Assembly: GCA_017458675.1 (NCBI GenBank) | Contig: JAFTAM010000016.1 | Span: forward strand, 15-64,014 | DNA from: a bacterium | Lineage (GTDB): Bacteria; Vulcanimicrobiota; Xenobia; Xenobiales; Xenobiaceae | Direction of reading: 5' to 3' | DNA length: 64,000 nucleotides | In this document: positions 57,576-64,000 of the stretch, piece after piece | Layout of the letters: every line of letters starts with the position of its first letter | Position numbering within the stretch: the stretch's first letter is position 1 | Notes under the pieces: model-generated | What the model was told of the DNA's origin: nothing | Database searches by the model: none | Seen by the model: the letters and a program-made list of their open reading frames with translations, nothing else | Made by a program: the position numbers and the translations under genes

Positions 57576-58499
57576 CTACAAAAGCCTTCCCATATAAATC
57601 TTATTGAAGCGGCAGGGCAGCCAGGAAAGCTTGGAAGTGCGCAGTCCCTGATCGCCCATATCTTCCTCGCGGTTTACATAGGCGGCATCGCTCCATTCGC
57701 GGAGCAGAAATTCATGGGCCAGCCAGGCGTACATATCGCGGTATTCGGGAATGCACTTTTCAAAATGGACGCTGACCATATCCGAGCCATTGCATTTACT
57801 GGCAATAGAAAAGCCGACCGGACGGCCCTTATCGAAGATCACGCAGCCCTTGGCGCCGACCTTTGTGCAGGCTTCCAGAGCTCTGCGCACGGCATAGCAT
57901 TCCAGAACCCGCATCCTGGTTTCTTTGATATCCTCGCCGATACCGGCTTTTTTGTCCTTGTACCAAGCCTCGTAGACTTCCAGACAGCTGGCCAAATCGC
58001 CATCATCGTAGCTCTTATATTCCACATCGGGAAAGCGGCGCAGAAAGCTGCGGATCCGGTTGCGCTTGCCCCGGTAATCGTGACCGTCCAGCGCAATCAT
58101 CGCCGAAGTTTCGTAAATATACTCAAAACTGTCCCGATCTTCTTCTATCTGGACCGAACCGGCGAAATCCGTTTCAAGCTGATCCTTAACAGCCTCCGGA
58201 ATCCAAAGCTTAAAGTTTTCCTTGCGGTTTCCCGCCCTGTCAAATGCTTTCAGAACCGTCTCCCGGTAAGCTCCCGCACTCCAGACGCCGGACTTTAAAA
58301 AGGGAATCATGCAGTAAAAACTGCCAGCGGCATTGCCGCCCAAAAGATAGACGGCCAGCTCGTCCTCGGCCATTAAAATATTGTTTTCAGATCCCCAGCA
58401 GTACCAATATAAAAAACAGTCGCAGGCCCCGTTTCTGCTTTTGACAAAGCGATCGAAAAGGGGCTTGTCTTCTAAGACAATAGTTCTAAAATTCAGCAT
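57576..58499 (-). CDS. DUF2156-like protein (phosphatidylglycerol lysyltransferase C-terminal / FemAB-like fold), adjacent to GNAT
   Basis: ~300 aa; N-terminal L.DKPLFD...FLYWYCW pattern and common GNAT+DUF2156 adjacency; recalled from memory, not verified. Confidence 0.5.
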   Translation of the reverse strand: MLNFRTIVLEDKPLFDRFVKSRNGACDCFLYWYCWGSENNILMAEDELAVYLLGGNAAGSFYCMIPFLKSGVWSAGAYRETVLKAFDRAGNRKENFKLWIPEAVKDQLETDFAGSVQIEEDRDSFEYIYETSAMIALDGHDYRGKRNRIRSFLRRFPDVEYKSYDDGDLASCLEVYEAWYKDKKAGIGEDIKETRMRVLECYAVRRALEACTKVGAKGCVIFDKGRPVGFSIASKCNGSDMVSVHFEKCIPEYRDMYAWLAHEFLLREWSDAAYVNREEDMGDQGLRTSKLSWLPCRFNKIYMGRLL

Positions 58500-58611
58500 A
58501 CAGATTTAATTATACATAAGATACAATTATTTGACAAACGGCCCGCAAAGAGCGAAAACGTCTGCGAGAGTATATTGCCGCATCATGCGGCGGCTGCTCA
58601 GCAAGCGCGCT

Positions 58612-60378
58612 TCAGCGCTTGGGGCGCTTTTTGACTTTAAGCTGTACTTTATTGCGCTCATCCTGCCGCTCCAAATCCTCTTTCTTGTGGCGCTTCACTT
58701 CATTCTTCAGCATTGAAACGCGTTCCGCAAAATCCGCTTCTGATTTCTGGTAATCCGCAAAGGGAATTTCCAGCCAAGCCGGAGCTCTGTCCTTAATTTC
58801 CAGAACTTTAATCTGCAGCACCGATTTATATACTACCGTATCATCGGGAGCAGGAAGCCTGCCCAGCAGGGACATGACCAAGCCGCCGATAGTCTCGGCC
58901 TCCTCATCCTCAAAGGAGAGCTCCAACTCTCTGGCCGACATCACTTTCATAGCCTCGTCAGCCATAGCTTCGGCGACGTCCTGAATCCAGTCGTCCACAT
59001 TCCAGCGAGCCGCCCGTTCCTTAGTCAGCTCCCTTATGCGCTTTTCCACCAATTCCTCGCCGGCCTGACGGCAGATGTCCGCGCCGTATCCGTCATACAT
59101 CTCCTGCTCTAAGTCCTCATGCAGTTCTTCCTCCAAAATGCTGTGCAGAGCTTCAGAGACCGCCTCCGCAAAAGCTTCGTGCATCAAATCTGAAAGATCG
59201 CTTAAAGCCACCGTATGCTCAACCTCCCAAATATTGCACACTCTGTCAAAACTGATGGGAGGACGTTCTTCTTCCTCAAACTCGTCATACACCTCGCCGA
59301 CAATCTCTTCTACCAAATCTTCCATGGTGACGATGCCGGCTATGCCGCCCTTCTCATCGACGACGGCGGCCATATGCACCGACTTTTCACACATTTCCAA
59401 AAAAGCGGCTTCCAAAGTGACCAGCTCATGGATAATCGGATAAGGCTGGGCATGGAGCTTTACCGGATCGTCGGCGCGCCCTTCGCGGACGGCCTTATAG
59501 AGATCGCGCACCAAAACCATGCTTTTGGTATCGTCCAAATCCTTGTTAAAAATAGGATAGCGGCTGCAGCGGTAGCGCTGGAGCATACAGAGGGCTTCCC
59601 GCACCTTAGTATCGGCCTGAAAGGCCATGACTTCGGTGCGCGGCACTATTACGTTGCGAACAATCTCCTTGTCAAAGTACAAAATTTCCTGCGCCCATTC
59701 GCCGGTCTCATCGTCTACCAGATCGGCGTTGATGCTGTTTTCCAATGCGCTGCTCAAAACTTCGCGCGAAACCGGCTTTTCTAAATTCTGGTAAATAGGC
59801 AGCCCCAAAACGCGCAGTCCGAACCGGGTCAATCCGTTCAGAATATTGGCCAGAGGGCGCAGAACTACGCCGCTGATCTGCATGGGACGGTGAACGAATC
59901 TTGCCACTCGCTCCGGATGATGCAGCGCCAAACTTTTAGGTACCATTTCGCCGGTAACGACATGAATATAAGTTAAAATCGCCAGCGCTAAAAATATCGA
60001 AATAGCGTGGACCGTGCTTTTGCCCAAAACAGAGGTAGCCGTCAGGCCGAAGTCCGAGGCCAGCTTAAAAAAGATTGTGGCCAGAGCATCCTCGCTGTAA
60101 ACGCCCAGGCCCAGACTGGCAAAGGTTATGCCTAACTGAACAATCGTAAAATAATTGTCAAAACTGACCGTATTAGTTTTAATGGCCAGAAAATCCTTAG
60201 CCCATTTTACATTTTTTCCGTCTTTTTCACCGGTTTTAATTATGGTATCCAGCTGAACGTTATTAAAACTCAGCAAAGCATACTCGGCGGCCACATAAAA
60301 TGCGTTGATCAGGATTAAAACTATCAAAACGCCTGCCTGCATTAAGGATTCCTGCAGAACCTCGGTATCTATACTCAT
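58612..60378 (-). CDS. CNNM/CorC/TlyC-family protein (DUF21 + CBS pair + CorC_HlyC) with long acidic/basic C-terminal extension
   Basis: DUF21 N-terminus (LINAFYVAAEYALLS), CBS region, transporter-associated domain. Confidence 0.85.
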   Translation of the reverse strand: MSIDTEVLQESLMQAGVLIVLILINAFYVAAEYALLSFNNVQLDTIIKTGEKDGKNVKWAKDFLAIKTNTVSFDNYFTIVQLGITFASLGLGVYSEDALATIFFKLASDFGLTATSVLGKSTVHAISIFLALAILTYIHVVTGEMVPKSLALHHPERVARFVHRPMQISGVVLRPLANILNGLTRFGLRVLGLPIYQNLEKPVSREVLSSALENSINADLVDDETGEWAQEILYFDKEIVRNVIVPRTEVMAFQADTKVREALCMLQRYRCSRYPIFNKDLDDTKSMVLVRDLYKAVREGRADDPVKLHAQPYPIIHELVTLEAAFLEMCEKSVHMAAVVDEKGGIAGIVTMEDLVEEIVGEVYDEFEEEERPPISFDRVCNIWEVEHTVALSDLSDLMHEAFAEAVSEALHSILEEELHEDLEQEMYDGYGADICRQAGEELVEKRIRELTKERAARWNVDDWIQDVAEAMADEAMKVMSARELELSFEDEEAETIGGLVMSLLGRLPAPDDTVVYKSVLQIKVLEIKDRAPAWLEIPFADYQKSEADFAERVSMLKNEVKRHKKEDLERQDERNKVQLKVKKRPKR

Positions 60379-60383
60379 AAAGT

Positions 60384-62000
60384 TCAGCGTCCTCCCTTGC
60401 CGGCTTTCATAAATTTATCTTCTTTAGAAATATTTATCGTTTTCCGGACTCCGGCGGCAGTCTTGCCGCGTTTGCGGTCTACAGCCTTGCGAGCGTGCTT
60501 TTTGTCAGTTTCATCAACAATATTGTTGCCCAGCATCACCTCCAGAAGATCCTCAGAGGTCAGAATACCCAAAACGTCGTGTTTTTCATCCTGAACAACA
60601 GCCAAAGAAGCATAATGAGAGTTTAAATTGTCTCTGACGTCGGCTAAATCATCCTGCAGGCTGCAGTAGACCAGCAGATCGCGCTTCAAAAATCCGTGCT
60701 GGAAGAGCAGTTCGCCGCCCATGCGCTCGCCGGCCCGATTCTCCGCCATTCGCACCGCTCTGTGCCTGGCTCGCTCTAAAATGCGCGCGCTGCCTGAACT
60801 CCTGCGCAGATCTTCGGAAATGTGCCCTTCAGCCGCTCCCAGAGACTGCGTAAGCTTGTCCAGTTCGCTCAGATATTTGTCCTCGGCTCTCTTTATGGAC
60901 TCCTGTTTTTCTCTTTCAATATCGTCAAGCACCGCTTTATCGATCTCTGCGCAGGCCGAAGCAAATTCCTCCAAACTCAGCTCCGAAAGATCCTTGTAGC
61001 CCAGCTTTTGGCAGACCTCTTCCGTAAGCCCCTTGGCCACGACAAAGCAGACGTCTTTAATGTGAACTAAGCCGATAATGCGCTTGCCGCCCTTGTTTTT
61101 TCCGTAAACAGGCAGGCGGCTGTAGGGAGAAGCGTCAAAGCGCTTCAGCACGCTTTCCATATCTTCGTCCAGGCGCAGAGAAACCAGAGTGCGCACTTTT
61201 TCATCTTCGCCGCCGGCAGTTTCATCGTCGCTTTTGGAAGCGTGCGCAGCTTTGCCTTCTTTTAAATTGCGTATCTTGACCACAAAGCGCACCGGATCGG
61301 AATCGGGGATCGGCGAAAAAATATCTTCTACCTTTAAATTGACAAAGCCCAGAGCGGAAGTCATGCGCTTGCGATCCTCGGTATTGAGATCCTTCACGCC
61401 GCTCACCATCGTTAAAATTTCATCTAAATTGTTGGCTGAATTTTCGTCCTCATCAGTTGCAATACGCAGAAGCTTTAAAATGAAAAGGCCCGAACCGTTG
61501 AGAATTTTAATGAGCGGGCGAAATACTTTCATCGCCCAATCAACCAATACTACCAGCGTAAAGGCGGTCTTTTCCTTGCGCCGGTTGGCTATGGCCTTAG
61601 GCAGCAGTTCGCCCAAAAGCACCTGCAGCAGAGTAAAAAAAACTATCAAAGATACCTTAGTTATATGGGCGGCCACCTCCGGGGAAACAGACAAAATACT
61701 GCTGACGCCGGGGATAAACAAATGAGCCATACAGCGTTCGCCGATTATGCCCAGCAGCAGACTGGAAACTGTAATGACCACCTGGCATCCGGAGGCGCAT
61801 TCGTCCAGCGCGGTTTTAGTCTGAATATGTTTCAGCAGGCGCTCTGCCGATTCTCTGTCGCTGCTGCGCTTGCCCGAAGCCAAAAACTTTATATGCTCTT
61901 TATCGGCGTCTACTATCGCCAGTTCGGCGGCGGATGCCAAAGCCGTAACCATTATCAAAACGGCGGTTAATACTACAGCCGATACCAATTCTATACTCAT
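60384..62000 (-). CDS. CNNM/CorC/TlyC-family protein, tandem paralogue
   Basis: DUF21 (TALASAAELAIVDAD), CBS pair (RIIGLVHIKD...), CorC-like C-terminus. Confidence 0.85.
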   Translation of the reverse strand: MSIELVSAVVLTAVLIMVTALASAAELAIVDADKEHIKFLASGKRSSDRESAERLLKHIQTKTALDECASGCQVVITVSSLLLGIIGERCMAHLFIPGVSSILSVSPEVAAHITKVSLIVFFTLLQVLLGELLPKAIANRRKEKTAFTLVVLVDWAMKVFRPLIKILNGSGLFILKLLRIATDEDENSANNLDEILTMVSGVKDLNTEDRKRMTSALGFVNLKVEDIFSPIPDSDPVRFVVKIRNLKEGKAAHASKSDDETAGGEDEKVRTLVSLRLDEDMESVLKRFDASPYSRLPVYGKNKGGKRIIGLVHIKDVCFVVAKGLTEEVCQKLGYKDLSELSLEEFASACAEIDKAVLDDIEREKQESIKRAEDKYLSELDKLTQSLGAAEGHISEDLRRSSGSARILERARHRAVRMAENRAGERMGGELLFQHGFLKRDLLVYCSLQDDLADVRDNLNSHYASLAVVQDEKHDVLGILTSEDLLEVMLGNNIVDETDKKHARKAVDRKRGKTAAGVRKTINISKEDKFMKAGKGGR

Positions 62001-62275
62001 AGAAATATGTATATGTTACCGTAACGGTGAATTTTCAGATTAAATACGCCGAGCGATCGTCAGGACGGGCGTAAATGCTTTAAGCGAAGTTTATTCTTCT
62101 GAAAAAATCTCTGAAAACTTCTTTTGCGCGCCTAAACTGCTGAAAGCTCTGAAAACTTTTTATACTCTTTAAGCTGCCTGCCGATCTGCGCCGCTGCGCC
62201 TGTAAAGGGGGAAGTTTTTAGGACAAAAGCGAATTATTAAGATATTTTATGCTCAGGCAGCTTAAGGAGTATTTT

Positions 62276-62800
62276 ATGACAGAGAGCACAGCCGCTCAGG
62301 CGACGGTAGGCAAGGACTGCGTTGTAGGTATACATTACAAACTTACCAATCCCGAAGGAATAATTCTCGATCAGTCTGACGGCGAACCGCTGGAATACCT
62401 GCAGGGACATCACAATCTTATCATCGGCCTGGAAGAAGCCATGGAAGGGCGCAAAGTCGGCGACAAGTTTAAGGTAACGATCCCTGCCGAAAAGGCCTAC
62501 GGAAAATATGACCCCAAATCCCGCTTTTCCGTCAAGCGCGAAGATATGGGTTTAGAGAATCAAGTAGCTGTGGGAATGCCGGTAAGACTCACTACCGACA
62601 ATGGCATTATCTTTGCCCACATCGTCGAAATCAGCGCCGACAAAATCGTTTTTGACAGCAACCATCATTTAGCAGGCGTCGACTTGACCTTTGACGTCGA
62701 AGTGGTTTCGCTGCGTCCGGCAACAAAAGAGGAAATAGCCAACGGGGGACTGCACACCGGCTGCGGAGGCAACTGTCATTCGTGCAGCGGCTGCTGCTGA
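62276..62800 (+). CDS. slyD: FKBP-type peptidyl-prolyl cis-trans isomerase SlyD with Cys/His-rich metal-binding tail
   Basis: VGIHYKLTNPEGIILDQSDGEPLEYLQGHHNLIIGLEEAMEG; C-terminal CGGNCHSCSGCC; start taken at second Met. Confidence 0.85.
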   Translation: MTESTAAQATVGKDCVVGIHYKLTNPEGIILDQSDGEPLEYLQGHHNLIIGLEEAMEGRKVGDKFKVTIPAEKAYGKYDPKSRFSVKREDMGLENQVAVGMPVRLTTDNGIIFAHIVEISADKIVFDSNHHLAGVDLTFDVEVVSLRPATKEEIANGGLHTGCGGNCHSCSGCC

Positions 62801-63026
62801 AAAGCTCTTTAAAAGATTAGCTCGGGTCCTCTTTCAAAGGACTGAGTCTTTAAGATTTTTGGCCTGATTTCATTCCTGCGGCGCAGCGAGCGCCTTCCTG
62901 CAGCAGAACATAGGCCAGCCGCTTTGATTCGCAGGCAAAAGCTCTCCTGAAGCCGATCACATTATGCGGCCTGCTCAGCAATAATGACAGACATATTTTG
63001 CCAGTATGAGGGAAAGGTCCCGGATT

Positions 63027-64000
63027 ATGGATTCAAACAAACAAGATAACCTAAATAACGAGCTTAACGCCGCTCGCTTAAAATCCAGACCTCAGCCCGG
63101 CCAATTATCAGCTGCCAGCAGAGAATCTGTTCCGGCTTCCCAGATTAGTTCGGAAGGCCGTCTGAGCTTAAATGCTCCGGTTCATAACGGACAAGCCGCG
63201 GCAGCGCCGCTTGTGATGCGCCAGCGCAGCGGAGGGCTCGGAAGCTTACAGCAAAAAGTCCAGCAAGGACTCAATTCCGGCGCAGTTCATAATACAAGAG
63301 TATACGCTTCCGCAAATACAGCCCCTTCGTCGTCAGCCGGACCGCAGAATCTGCAGCCGGGCGCCGCTGCGATGCGAACCGGTTCTGTTCAGAGACCGGC
63401 CGGGACGTCTGCCGATTCTGTAAACAGCGGCGCAGTGCATTCTGCCCAGCCTCAGCGTCCTGTCTCCGCCGTCCCCGTACAGGGCGCGCGCACAGCCTCT
63501 ATGGCCGCCCCCGCGCCGCAAAGAACCGCCGCTCAGCCTGCCGGTTCTTCAGGCAATTCTGCGATACGCGCCGCTTCGCCCGCTCAGCGGCCCGCCGCGG
63601 CCGCACCCGTACAGGGCGCGCGCACAGCCTCTATGGCCGCTCCCGCGCCGCAAAGAACCGCCGCTCAGCCAGCCGGGACTTTAGGCAATTCTGCGATACG
63701 CGCCGCCTCGCCGGCTCAGCGGCCCGCCGCGGCCGCACCCGTACAGGGCGCGCGCACAGCCTCTATGGCCGCTCCCGCGCCGCAAAGAACCGCCGCTCAG
63801 CCCGCCGGGACTTTAGGCAATTCTGCGATACGCGCCGCTTCGCCGGCTCAGCGGCCCGCCGCGGCCGCACCCGTACAGGGCTCGCGCACAGCCTCTATGA
63901 CCGCTCCCGCGCTGCAAAGAACCGCCGCTCAGCCAGCCGGGACTTTAGGCAATTCTGCGATACGCGCCGCCTCGCCGGCTCAGCGGCCCGCCGCGGCCGC
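63027..64000 (+). CDS. Partial (3' beyond window) ORF encoding a low-complexity Ala/Pro/Gln-rich protein with near-perfect 44-aa tandem repeats
   Basis: ATG preceded by GGAAAGG RBS; open frame to window end (absent from the supplied track, apparently because it has no stop in the window); repeat PVQGARTASMAAPAPQRTAAQPAGTLGNSAIRAASPAQRPAAAA. Confidence 0.6.
   Translation, partial: MDSNKQDNLNNELNAARLKSRPQPGQLSAASRESVPASQISSEGRLSLNAPVHNGQAAAAPLVMRQRSGGLGSLQQKVQQGLNSGAVHNTRVYASANTAPSSSAGPQNLQPGAAAMRTGSVQRPAGTSADSVNSGAVHSAQPQRPVSAVPVQGARTASMAAPAPQRTAAQPAGSSGNSAIRAASPAQRPAAAAPVQGARTASMAAPAPQRTAAQPAGTLGNSAIRAASPAQRPAAAAPVQGARTASMAAPAPQRTAAQPAGTLGNSAIRAASPAQRPAAAAPVQGSRTASMTAPALQRTAAQPAGTLGNSAIRAASPAQRPAAA
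63474..64000 (+). repeat. 132-bp tandem repeat array (at least 4 units, continuing past window end) inside the partial ORF
   Basis: cccgtacagggcgcgcgcacagcc recurs at 63474, 63606, 63738, 63870; units ~97-100% identical. Confidence 0.8.

Noticed and set aside
63474-64000. Regular repeats that could suggest a CRISPR array
   Set aside because: Units are contiguous 132-bp repeats with no spacers, lie in an open reading frame, and no cas genes are present.

Overview
This 64-kb window is high-GC (~58% by eye) bacterial chromosome, densely coding, mostly on the minus strand in the first 28 kb. It carries a housekeeping backbone interleaved with clearly accessory material. Backbone genes: a giant alpha-2-macroglobulin (A2M), a TGS+uridine-kinase-like P-loop protein, a DEAD-box helicase, rpoD and dnaG, a pseudouridine synthase, YjbQ, mutL, a polysaccharide deacetylase, thiI, GTP-dependent PEP carboxykinase (pckG), slyD, tandem PTR2/POT transporters, tandem CNNM/CorC proteins and a split ChrA pair. 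Accessory features:
- An incomplete type II secretion/type IV pilus-like module (GspF-like platform protein, two prepilin-type proteins with the G...E+5 signature, a GspK-like protein and a REC-domain protein), next to a two-component pair whose response regulator is a REC-wHTH-BTAD (SARP-like) fusion.
- An Rpn (PD-(D/E)XK) putative transposase with (AQGI)n repeats.
- A standalone FlhA/FHIPEP cytoplasmic-domain protein with no transmembrane export-gate domain.
- A 916-aa HTH + coiled-coil protein.
- A visibly AT-rich ~3.06 kb island inserted at the 3' end of pckG, flanked by a ~575-bp ~97%-identical direct repeat of the pckG 3' end plus terminator. The island carries a class II Fic protein and a tight three-gene operon of small unknown proteins; one has a His...Cys catalytic-dyad-like motif and one a zinc ribbon plus an L7/L12-CTD-like domain. 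The far copy of the pckG tail is a decaying pseudogene fragment.
- A family of ~178-bp intergenic repeat elements with CTGTC/GACAG termini (at least 5 copies including a tandem pair; MITE/REP-like).
- A partial ORF at the right edge encoding perfect 132-bp (44-aa) tandem repeats.
No tRNA, rRNA or CRISPR was detected. Phylum is uncertain. The gene content (many pseudopilin-like proteins, BNR sialidase-like, A2M, POT transporters) is reminiscent of host-associated PVC-type anaerobes, but this is speculation.
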